A stretch of 63,984 nt of DNA, counting the filler, from Octopus bimaculoides (taxonomy: Eukaryota): assembly GCF_001194135.2 (NCBI RefSeq). It is 4 parts of 4 records of this genome, joined end to end, with 100 filler letters (N's around TTAATTAATTAA, not from the genome) between each part and the next. Parts side by side here need not be neighbours in the genome. Positions count along the whole stretch, not along the records: positions 1 to 30,361 come from NC_068998.1; 3 more parts are not named here. One strand, 5' to 3'. Shown here in pieces: positions 9,766 through 20,812 of this stretch (its first letter is position 1; each line of letters starts with the position of its first letter). The position numbers were made by a program, and so were the translations under genes. Under the pieces are notes generated by a model, which saw nothing but the letters and a program-made list of their open reading frames with translations, did no database searches and had not been told where the DNA came from.

Positions 9766-10723
9766 TATCATCGTCTTCATCATCATTATTATGGAGGCGA
9801 GAAGGGAGATATATATATATATATATANNNNNNNNNNNNNNNNNNNNNNNNNNNNNNNNNNNNNNNNNNNNNNNNNNNNNNNNNNNNNNNNNNNNNNNNN
9901 NNNNNNNNNNNNNNNNNNNNNNNNNNNNNNNNNNNNNNNNNNNNNNNNNNNNNNNNNNNNNNNNNNNNNNNNNNNNNNNNNNNNNNNNNNNNNNNNNNNN
10001 NNNNNNNNNNNNNNNNNNNNNNNNNNNNNNNNNNNNNNNNNNNNNNNNNNNNNNNNNNNNNNNNNNNNNNNNNNNNNNNNNNNNNNNNNNNNNNNNNNNN
10101 NNNNNNNNNNNNNNNNNNNNNNNNNNNNNNNNNNNNNNNNNNNNNNNNNNNNNNNNNNNNNNNNNNNNNNNNNNNNNNNNNNNNNNNNNNNNNNNNNNNN
10201 NNNNNNNNNNNNNNNNNNNNNNNNNNNNNNNNNNNNNNNNNNNNNNNNNNNNNNNNNNNNNNNNNNNNNNNNNNNNNNNNNNNNNNNNNNNNNNNNNNNN
10301 NNNNNNNNNNNNNNNNNNNNNNNNNNNNNNNNNNNNNNNNNNNNNNNNNNNNNNNNNNNNNNNNNNNNNNNNNNNNNNNNNNNNNNNNNNNNNNNNNNNN
10401 NNNNNNNNNNNNNNNNNNNNNNNNNNNNNNNNNNNNNNNNNNNNNNNNNNNNNNNNNNNNNNNNNNNNNNNNNNNNNNNNNNNNNNNNNNNNNNNNNNNN
10501 NNNNNNNNNNNNNNNNNNNNNNNNNNNNNNNNNNNNNNNNNNNNNNNNNNNNNNNNNNNNNNNNNNNNNNNNNNNNNNNNNNNNNNNNNNNNNNNNNNNN
10601 NNNNNNNNNNNNNNNNNNNNNNNNNNNNNNNNNNNNNNNNNNNNNNNNNNNNNNNNNNNNNNNNNNNNNNNNNNNNNNNNNNNNNNNNNNNNNNNNNNNN
10701 NNNNNNNNNNNNNNNNNNNNNNN

Positions 10724-10786
<63 letters not shown>

Positions 10787-11495
10787 ATGTATGTATGGAG
10801 ATAGGGATAAAAGAGACAGGATTATCACAGCTGTAAATGCTTTTTATCAAAGGTCTACATCTGGTAGATTAGAGCTAGCCTGGGGCTAAACAACAACAAC
10901 AACAACAACCCCCCAATTCCGTAAACGAATGGATATTTATGTTTAAAGCATAATTGTATATTTAAGGCCTAAAAATAATATGTCTAAAAGAGACTCCCAT
11001 CTTTAAAGCATGTTGACATAGAGCATATTTTTAGGTTTATTGCATATTTATACATTTAAAGCCTATTAAATATTTATGTTATCAAAGCTATTCATGTATA
11101 TGAATAGCATATTTACATAATTAAAGCATATTTATGGCCTTATTGCATATTTATACGTGTGTAGAACATATTAAATATTGATGTGTTCCAGGCATGTTTA
11201 TATACTTTAAAACATGGATTATATGAATAACCCTTTCATGTCTGTATTTTTGAAATGAATAGACTGTCTGTGTGTGCCTTGTGTTCTCAATATAAGCGAA
11301 GGTTTTGGATGTATTGAAATATCTCGAAACTTTATGCATCGGTATAGTGGTATGTGATCTCCATATTGTATGTGTGTGCATACATACACATAAATACGCA
11401 TACATGCATATATGTATACACACACATATATCTGCATATATATATATATATATAGATGCATATCCTTATATTATATATATATATATATATATATA

Positions 11496-12025
11496 GACAC
11501 AGGTGTGGTTGTGTGGTAAGTAGTTTGCTTACCAACCACATGGTTCTGGGTTCAGTACCACCGTGTAGCACCTCGAGCAAATGTCTTCTACTATAGCCTC
11601 GGGCCGACCAAAGCCTTGTGAGTGGATTTGGTAGACAGAAACCGAATGAAGCCTGCTGTGTATATTTCAAAGCACGGAGTAGATGAAACAAGGACAACTG
11701 ACGAAGGGGCATACTCTTTATGTTGCATATCTCATTTCTCTGTTTGTCTTTTTCGTTGTTAGAAAAAAAGTTCGTTTTCTATGTTTTCGTTTCTCATTGT
11801 GTTTAACGTTTTTTTTTTTTTATGTCCTGTACCCATATATGCATGTATGTATGCATATATATGTGGGTATGTACATATATGTATGGATATATGCATATAT
11901 CTATATATTATTTATATTATAAATATATATATGTGTATGTATGCGTGTCTGTGTTTGTCCCCCCACCGTCACCTGGCAACCGATGTTGGTGTATTTACGT
12001 CCCCATAACTTCGCGGTGTGGCAAA
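11496..12025 (+). mobile_element. SINE family B with its internal microsatellite region expanded or interrupted
   Basis: 5' half at 11496-11660; 3' half resumes at about 11940 (gtgtctgtgtttgtccccc...gtgtatttacgtccccataact). Confidence 0.7.
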
Positions 12026-12189
12026 AATTATTGCCCATTTAAATAGGGAGCTGTTGTTGAATAAAATATATCCTGGTATAGGTTGCTTATCTGGTATCCC
12101 TCAAAGGAATTTGTCCAGGTGATACTCGAAAGTGAAGGAAGGGGTCTTGTTAAATAGAGCAGAGCCTGTTGAGGAAAAGAAATTGTGTT

Positions 12190-12302
12190 GTTTAGGGAGT
12201 CTATGGCACATGGCTTTAGTAGAAGACACTCTCATCCAAAGTGCTGTGCAGTGGGACTGAATCCAAAACCACATGCACACATGCCTAACCGTCTTCACCA
12301 CA
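12190..12302 (-). mobile_element. SINE family B head, degenerate
   Basis: ggctttagtagaagacactctcatccaaagtgctgtgcagtgggactgaatcc. Confidence 0.65.
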
Positions 12303-12559
12303 CACCCTCCTCGCCTGTGCTTCAATACTACTATCCTATTACAAGCTCTCTTTGTAATTTGTGTCAAGATAACAGTTGTGTCGTTTCTCTGTGAATTATG
12401 TATACATTCTGAGGGCTTGTTTGCATCGTTGTCATTTTATGTGTATGCATGCATCTTTTTTTAATCATTCCCAAGGCACCTAACATTATTATAAGAATTG
12501 TGTCTGTTTTCAGTTGTCACTGATTGGTTGTCTCCATTACCAGATCATTATGTTTAAAT

Positions 12560-12597
<38 letters not shown>

Positions 12598-12761
12598 CTG
12601 AAATTATTTTTGTGGTGGTTGTTCTTTTGGAGAAGTGATTAGTATATCCAAGAGTAACAAAATGAAGGCACTAATGTTCTCAACAATCATGGTAAATTCT
12701 TTTGGCACATCTGTGGATATATGTGTGTCTGTATATGTATGTATACGCATGTGTACGTGTG

Positions 12762-12819
<58 letters not shown>

Positions 12820-12993
12820 TACATATAAGTATATAGGTGTGTGTGTAGCAATGTATATATATATATATATATATGTGTGTATGTTCATGAGTTTGTATAT
12901 ATGTTTATATATGTGTATAGGTGTATGGTTATGTATATGTGTATATATATATGTGTGTGCATGTATATACATGTGCAAGCATACACACACACA

Positions 12994-13064
<71 letters not shown>

Positions 13065-13462
13065 TCTCTCTCTCTCTCTGCAGTACTTTGGGAATAAATC
13101 AAGCTGAAGTGACACTGTGTTCATGTATGCATGTTGCCATCAATTTTGTTTCGTGTGATCACCGCAGTTTTTAACAGGCGCCACTTCTTCATTTTTGCAA
13201 CTCCGTTGCAAGTGGCAGAATTACGAGCTCAGATTAGATTAAGAGACAAGAATTACAAAGTCACTGAACAACTTAACCAAATCAAAAGACACACTGCTGA
13301 TTGTTTTCGTTTCATTTTCTTCATTTTCTTCTCATTTTTTTCTTTCATCTTTTTTTTTTACTTTCTTTTCCTTTTTTTCATTTCTTTTCTTGCTTTTTAC
13401 ATTTCCCTTCAAAATTTGCAATCCTCATCATCATTGTCATTGTCATCATCAATATTATTATT

Positions 13463-13865
13463 GAGTCAAAGAGCAGTGCACGCCGTGAAAGTGACACTGG
13501 GGGTAGAAATATATGAAGCCCAATATACCCATCATGACGATCCGTCTGATAAGGGAATAACCAGACACATGCATCAAAGCCATATGTGCATAAAATAATG
13601 ACCATCAAGATAAACACCGCATGACCTTGCAGGTGGGACCCAGTTAGAAATTTTTTTAGGTTCAGTAGCCCATCCCATTCAAAAGGTCTCTGAATAAAAG
13701 TTTTTTTTAAATGATGAAAAAAGCACCCATGATTCCAAAGGTGATTTATTCAAACCCCAAAGAATTCCTCTCAACACATGGCTACGAAGCTCCCCCAATA
13801 CTTGTGCTCATGGACAGAGATGCACATATCGTCAGCCACTAAAGGACATGCTCAGCTGGTTAAGC
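13463..13865 (-). mobile_element. Unclassified retroposon family C, 5'-truncated, 3' end abutting (AAT)n
   Basis: Colinear with 19451-19920 (gagcagtgca.gcc.t.aaag.gacactggg...aaacccca aagaa.tcctctcaacacatggcta...). The two copies share the end next to attattatt and differ in extent at the other end. Confidence 0.75.
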
Positions 13866-14049
13866 TCCACTTCTGCTCCGTATGTGCATGAAATGAAGGA
13901 AGTACCTTGCTCAAGAACACAACACACTGTCCAATAGAGGAACAGAACTTACTTACACACAGCCTTAAGATCATGAAACCAATACTTTAATCACTCGATC
14001 ACATGACTTTTCTCTGGCATCACATCCTGTCACATGACCTGGCACTCTG

Positions 14050-14345
14050 CCTGTTATGATGACAAGTGTTCCAGTTGATTTAATCAATGGAACAGCCTGC
14101 TCCGTTAAGTTAACATGCAAGTGCCTGAGTACTACTCTTAATGTAGTCCTCAGGGGAGATCTAACAAGACATAGAATGTGGACAGGCTGGCCATTTCGTA
14201 ATACAGGTGCAACTCAGTTTTACCAGTTGAATGGATTGGAGCAACGTGAGATAAAGCATCTTGCTTAAGAATACAATGTGTCGCCAGGATTTGAACTCCT
14301 GACCTTATGATCACGAGCCGAATATCCTATCCATGGAGCTGCATG
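14050..14345 (-). mobile_element. SINE family D (tRNA head + conserved central domain)
   Basis: Minus head ggcatgcagctccatggataggatattcggctcgtgatcataaggtcaggagttcaaatcctggcg. Central ttccagttgat...ggaacagcctgctc is shared with 45726 and 54630. Confidence 0.75.
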
Positions 14346-14437
14346 CCAATCATATGACAACAAAAGGGAAGAACACCAGAGATAACATAATCATTGATAC
14401 ACAACAACAGCTGAGCCAGCTGTTGTCTCGTTTACAG

Positions 14438-14536
14438 GTCAGCTCAACCTCAGCCAGGTGAGCGATGACAACAACGACGACAGCCACCACCACCACCATC
14501 TCCAACAGCATCAACATCAGCAAGAAGATGATGCAG
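14438..14536 (+). CDS. Candidate internal coding exon (phase 1-1, 99 nt) of an unidentified gene, His/Gln-rich
   Basis: Acceptor tctcgtttacag|, donor CAG|gtgagt. Only one of three frames is open: xQLNLSQVSDDNNDDSHHHHHLQQHQHQQEDDA. I recognise no homology. Confidence 0.4.
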
Positions 14537-17445
14537 GTGAGTGGTGTGTAGGGAACAGTGATGGAGGCAGGTTGGTGTCACAGTGACAAGGTGAATCTTA
14601 CGTACATTATTTACATCTAGTTTAGAAGAGAATGTTTGTTTTCCTTTTTTTGGTTCATTTTGATTGTCATCAATTCTCCTTTGATGTTTAACTCGTCATT
14701 GTTGTAGCTGTTGATGCGGTGGTGGTGGTGGTGGTGGTGGTGGAGGATGGTGGTGCTTGTTTCGCTAATTATCTGTGCAGGTAAACTGCGGCATCTCCTC
14801 ACCTATCATTTCTTAACGACTTCAACGCTAAAAGGTTCGTTTTTGTCCTTCATTAAGTGACACAGCCTGTTTCGGTGTTCCACCTCCCTTTTTCTCTCTG
14901 TCTCTATCTACCCCCCCCCCCGCACTCCCTTGTACATCTCTCACTGTATGCTTAGTTACCTGTATTTAAATGTATGTAAAGATGGTTCCTTGTGTGTGTG
15001 TGTGTGTGTTTAAACATATATATGATTGTCTGTATAGTTACTTGTATGTGTGTGTGTGTGTAGGGGCTGTTCCTTGTGTTAGTGCATTTAAGCATATGCA
15101 GGTCTATATAATTACCTGTATGTGTCGGCAGAGATGGTTCCTTCTGTGTGTGTGTGTGTGTGTGTGTTTAAACATATATATGCATGTCTGTACAGAGAAC
15201 ATGTAAGTACATGCATAAACACATTCCTGCATATGTATGCATATGTAAGACTATTCATATGTATGTATGTATGTATGTATGCATATTTTGCCTATGCATA
15301 TCTGCATTGTGCACACACCCCTCTCTCAACTGCAATCACCTGTTTGCTTATATGTGCATGTATTTAAACACACACAAAATATGTACATACACTATATACG
15401 TTTATCCTTTACTTGCATCAGTCATTGGACTGCAACCATGTTGGGGCACCCACTTGAAAGGTTCTTGTCAAACAAATCAACCCAAAAATGTGTCAGAACA
15501 TCTGTCGCTGCCCTCTTATTGGTTTGTGTTGCCACCTGACTTTTATTTGATCTGGATGATCTAGATCCAGGAGCAGGGATGGAATCCCAGTGGGTGAGGT
15601 AATAAAACTCAGAATGTTTCAATAAACTTGATTGGTGATGGGGGTGGGGATAGCTATTTGGGAAGGTTAGTTTTACTGATTCCCTTAATTGCTGCTGATT
15701 AAACGGCAAACGGTTGCCAAAAGAGAGTAGCAAGACCCCATTTGCGTTCATCACATTAATGGCAAAAGAAGGAATCTGTTTGATTTGTGTAGGAAGAAGA
15801 GGAGGTAGAGGTGAAGAATTTTTATTTTAAAAAATGTCAGAGACCAACCTTTTTTGTTTTTAGTTCCTAAACATTTTGCTCATTAGCTAATGAAGGAAAG
15901 GATAAATTAGCAAGAGGAATTTCTCAAGGTCACCCTCATGATTGAAATTATAGTTAAGTTAATGTTATGCTTTTTAATGTAAGGGACGTTATTGAAAGAA
16001 AATAAAAAAGTTCCTCTGGAAAAAGGACTAATTAGAAATAATTTCACAGTCTGGAAAAGCATTCCCAACCATCCACCCATCCATCCATGCCAATTGATAG
16101 AATTAGATGGTTGGATAATATTTAGTTTCATGATTGGTCGTGTTTGGGAATCCAGCCAAAAGGTATAATGAAGGTTGCTTCTGATAAAAACCCTATGAAG
16201 AAGTTCAGGATTCTACCCTCACAACCCTCCTCGGAGGAGTGGGTGGAGAAAATGGATGGATACATACTTCTTAGTAATTATTTCAATGTGACTTCAGCAG
16301 ATATGGCGGAATTTTCTTCCTCCCTGATGAAGTCATGCTAAGGCTGAAACATGCTTCAGGTTGTCTCCCATGCATGCTACAATACTTAAAATATTAGTCA
16401 TCGACTAATATTATCTTTTTGACATTACATAATACTTTTTTTTTCTTTTGTTTTTTTGTAATTAGCTTTTTAATGCTCACTGCATTAATAACTATTCTAA
16501 CGTCAACTTGTTAACGATGGATAGCTTACTAATTAATGAGAATCCTTGAATTAATTGATAATTTTACTGGCCACCCCCTGTATTTCATCGCAATAAAATA
16601 ATGGCACCCTTTAACATCATTTTTATTTGTTTTTATTTCATTCCAGCCTTTTTTTTTCTTTTTTTTTTTTTTAATATATTTCGTCCCCTTTCAAAACTAG
16701 AAATAAATATCTGTTGAAGTGTAACAGCTGTTCATGTGGAATATTTGAACTGTGTCCGACTGATGTTAGTTTTTCTGGTTAGTCAAAAAAAAACAAAAAC
16801 AAGGGGGAGAAAAAACAAGAAAGTAACATAAAAAAAAAGGCACAAAAAAAAAAGAGAAAAGAAAAGAAAAAAGTACAGAAGAATTATCGCTCACTGACAA
16901 TAATTCAATTAACAGTCACCAAAGCACCACTCTAACAGACCGAAATTCCTTTTGATCAATGAACAGGGTGACTGCAATTTTTTCCAGCTGACATTATAAA
17001 TGACAAGGAGGCTACTTGCCAGAACACAAAAGCTTTAATAATTCGTTTAGTTTTATTCTATTTATTCTTTAATTTCCTTTTTATTTACGTTTTTTGTTAG
17101 GTTATGCTTCATTCATTTTCGTTCTTGTATTTTGATAGTCTCTTTGTACTCTGCTGACAACATCTTTTAGAAGAATTTCTGCTAATTTCTGGCAGTTATA
17201 CGATGGATAAAAGGTAGTCTTTGCAGTAGTTTAGTCCCACTCCTGTCAGGTCAGTTTTAATCGATATGACCAGTATATGGTCAATGGCGCTCTAGCTATA
17301 ACCCTTGTCTTTTTTTTATCTTTTGTAAAGAATTTTTTTTTTATAACAATAATATATCAGGACGTGACATAAGGGAAATTTGAATATTATTTCTAGCAGG
17401 TCAAATGGCCACTTAGAAGGCTTTGCTGCAGCAGATGTTATTTAA

Positions 17446-17855
17446 CTCCTTTGATACCGAATCACCCAAGACCACCTCTGGATCTATGATACAAATTTCC
17501 TGCGTTAAAGAGATCTAAATTAAAACCTTCAATCCAAAAAAATGCCTCGTTATGTTCCAGTTGCAACTTACAAATGACAAAATCATTCTAACAAATTGTT
17601 CATCATTTTTTGAAATTAATCAAACGAGAGGCAGTGTATTTCTATAGAAATATGGTGACAAAAGGGTCAGCCCTTTCGATACCACCCAGCTTCACACCAC
17701 CCCTAGTTGTATTTGTATCATACAAATTTCTTGTTTTAGAGTGATATAAATCAAAATGTTCCATCGAAATTTCGTGTTAATTTTGGTGCTAAATACCAGC
17801 TTAATAATGACAGTTATTTTACTAAATTCTTCATTATTTTCAAAATTAATGAACA
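17446..17855. mobile_element. Two head-to-tail piggyBac-type MITE copies
   Basis: TTAA|CTCCTTTGATACC...GTGACAAAAGGG|TCAG|CCCTTTCGATACC...; the two halves are internally similar (tgatacaaatttc, aattaaaac/aatcaaaat, ttcatcattttt/ttcattatttt). The second copy is truncated. Confidence 0.65.
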
Positions 17856-18244
17856 GGTATCTGTGTCACAGAACCAGAGGGCAGCTTCAGGTTAATTGCC
17901 ATCAAATGGGGCGTGTTTTTTGTTGCAAATGACAATCTTAAGGATGAAAGTGGTTAGTAAACTTTCCTAAATTCTTCCAGTTTCCAAACCAGCATCATCG
18001 TCATTTAAGGTGCATTTTTTTTCATGTTTGCATGAGTCAGACAGAATTCATTGAGATATTTTCTTCAGCCAGATGCCTTTCCTGTTGTCAGCCCTCACCT
18101 GTTACCAAACAAGATGTGTCTCCATGGATGCACATCTTTTTCATAAAAGACTGGAAATAAACAACTCCGCTTGTATAACAGTGATGCTCATTTACAACCA
18201 TCACATGACGTCTAGACACATGGACACACACACACACACAGAAG

Positions 18245-18615
18245 CTACTTTCAGTTTCTGTCTATCAAATCCACCCAAAAGACTTTAGTCAGCCTGGGCT
18301 GTAGCAGAAGATACTTGCTTAAGATACAAGGCGGTGGGCTGGCAGAATCGTTAGCACGCCGGGTGAAATGCTTAGCGGTATTTCATCTGCCGTTACGTTC
18401 TGAGTTCAAATTCCACCGAGGTCGACTTTGCCTTTCATCCTTTCGCTTTTGGGGGTCGATAAATTAAGTACCAGTTACGCACTGGGTTCGATCTAATCAA
18501 CTTAATCCCTTTGTCTGTCCTTGTTTGTCCCCTCTATGTTTAGCCCCTTGTGGGCAATAAAGAAATAAGAAGATACTTGCTTAAGGCGACATGTGGTGGG
18601 ACTGAACCCAAGAGT
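18245..18615 (-). mobile_element. SINE family B (host copy) interrupted by a SINE A insertion
   Basis: ttcagtttctgtctatcaaatccac...tagcagaagatacttgcttaag [insert] agaagatacttgcttaaggcgacatgtggtgggactgaaccc. Confidence 0.75.
18324..18567 (+). mobile_element. SINE family A, full length, with an 18-bp TSD
   Basis: AGAAGATACTTGCTTAAG occurs at 18306-18323 and 18568-18585; type-1 tail (…gtgggcaataaagaaata). Confidence 0.92.
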
Positions 18616-18929
18616 GTCACGCTTGCATCTGCCAGATTTACGAAAATAATTGAACAAGCATGCAGTGTAAGGTATCCCTTTGGAAATGTGATCTCAAAAC
18701 TAATGGCACAAAGGTGTAATTTGAATGAGAATTGGTTGCCATTTCTAGCATGTCTAATGACCATATAGAGCCTGTGTTAGCTCTTTCATCTGGTATTCAG
18801 CATATGACACAGCATATGGTTCAAAAGTAAGCCACATGAAACAATTAGTTAGTCATGGCAACATTTGTTACATTCAGAAATAAATATTTACATTATTCAT
18901 CACAGAGCTGACACAGTTCACGGCACATC

Positions 18930-19325
18930 AGACAAAATGTTCATTAGCCTTTCTTCTGGATCTCTATGTTCTGAGTTCAAATTCTTCTGAGGTTGATTGT
19001 GCCTTTCATCTTTTCAGGGTCTATAAAATAAAGTACCTGTAATGTATTGGGGTTGATGTAATCATTAACACTACCCCCACTTGAAATTGCTGGCCTTTTG
19101 GTAACAAAATCTGAAATTCCTTTATCTTGTTACTTGTTTTGCTCATTTGACTGTGGCCATGCTGGAGCACTGCCTTTAGTAGAGCAAATTGATGCCAGGA
19201 CTTATTCTTTGTAAGCCTAGTACTTAATCTATCTGTCTCTGTTGCTGACCCACTAAGTTACAGGAACGTAAACACACCAGCATTGGTTGTCAAGCAATGG
19301 TGGGGGGGACAAACACAGGCACAAA
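18930..19325. mobile_element. SINE A fragment (+) followed by SINE B 3' half (-)
   Basis: ctgagttcaaattcttctgagg...ggggttgatgtaatc (18960-19110), then cttgttttgctcatttgactgtggccatgctggagcactgcc...gggggacaaacacag (19125-19320). Confidence 0.7.
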
Positions 19326-19396
19326 TATATAACATATGTGGTGCACCTTGTCCACCACCACTAGCTCCGGTCTGTTATGCTCTGGCACCTGATCTG

Positions 19397-19450
<54 letters not shown>

Positions 19451-19920
19451 GAGTGAGAGAGCAGTGCATGCCATCAAAGCGACACTGGGATAAAATATAC
19501 GAAGCCCGTTATACCCATCATGACAACTCATCTGATAAGGGTACACCAGGCACATGCATCACAACCATATGTGCGCGACATGGTGATCTCATATCAAGAT
19601 AAACAGTGCATGACCTCGCAGGTGGGGCCCAGTTAGAATTTTCTTCAGGTCGAGTAGCCCATCCCGCTCAAAAGGTCCCTGAATAAGGTTTGTTTAAGGA
19701 TGTTGAGCAAAAGACCCATGTTTCCAAAGGTGAATTATTCAAACCCCAAAGAACTCCTCTCAACACATGGCTATGATGCTCCCCCACTACTTCTTGTGAT
19801 CAGAGATGTATATATCGTCAGCCACCAAGGGACATGCTCAACTGGTTAAGGTCAAACAACTGACAAGCAAATCTGTGGTATTCAGCAGAATATTTGCTGT
19901 AGCCCATCTTTTATACCAAG
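19451..19920 (-). mobile_element. Unclassified retroposon family C embedded in (ATT)n on both sides
   Basis: (ATT)n at 19397-19450, then 470 bp of unique repeat sequence, then (ATT/CAT)n at 19921-20000; homologous to 13463-13865. Confidence 0.8.
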
Positions 19921-19945
19921 ATTATCATCATTATTATTATTATTA

Positions 19946-19999
<54 letters not shown>

Positions 20000-20248
20000 G
20001 CAGGACTTGTGGAAATTCCACAGTGCAAGTCAGCGTATTTGCAAACACTAAGTGAATATATTAACCACAAGCAAAGAATTTCAGAAAAATTCTTTTGAAA
20101 CTGTGTCATTTAATCAAAACTATACTTTTAAATATAATTGAAATGAACTTGGAAGGTTTTGCTTATTTACCTTCTTCTAATATGCTTGACAGATATAATT
20201 TATTTTATAGCTTAAGGAAATAAAAGATGAATGAAAAAGATAAAACTT

Positions 20249-20288
<40 letters not shown>

Positions 20289-20711
20289 ATATATGTTGCA
20301 CATATATCCAGCTACCACTAAGGCTTAGTCCAAGTTACTTATCAACTGAGGTTATTTGTATTTCTTTTCATTTCATTTTACTTTCAGCTACCTATCTATT
20401 TGTATATCTATTAGTTTATCTAGCTATCTAAATATCAATCTTATGTCTGTCTGTCTGTCTGTTCATTCCTCCATCTACTCTCATAATACTGATAAGCATT
20501 TAAACTTAATAATAACAAAATAATATTATGGAGATGTACTTGCACAGCAAGTGACCTGATCTGAAATTGTGTGCTGGAACGAAAACAATTGCAGCATGGA
20601 AGGTGTTTATAAGCCATTTAAGAAACACACAAAAACCGTTAGATTCACTTCAAAATTTAAATTTAATTTGTCAAAATATTTTCATCGCTTTGATAATAAC
20701 AGTAATAATCA

Positions 20712-20812
20712 TTCTCATCCTTTAGTGTCTGCTTTCCATGCTGGCATGGGTTAGATGGTTTGACTGGAACTAGTAAGCTGGAGAGCTGTACCAGGTACCA
20801 GGTTCCAGACAG
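20712..20812 (-). mobile_element. RTE-type retroposon tail fragment
   Basis: tcatcctttagtgtctgctttccatgctggcatgggttagatggtttgactgg is the reverse complement of the tails at 991 and 3940. Confidence 0.7.

Noticed and set aside
14708-14780. Exon-like segment (ttgtag| ... CAG|gtaaac)
   Set aside because: Its content is mostly a (GTG)n microsatellite giving poly-V or poly-W, and openness of the frames is explained by the repeat.
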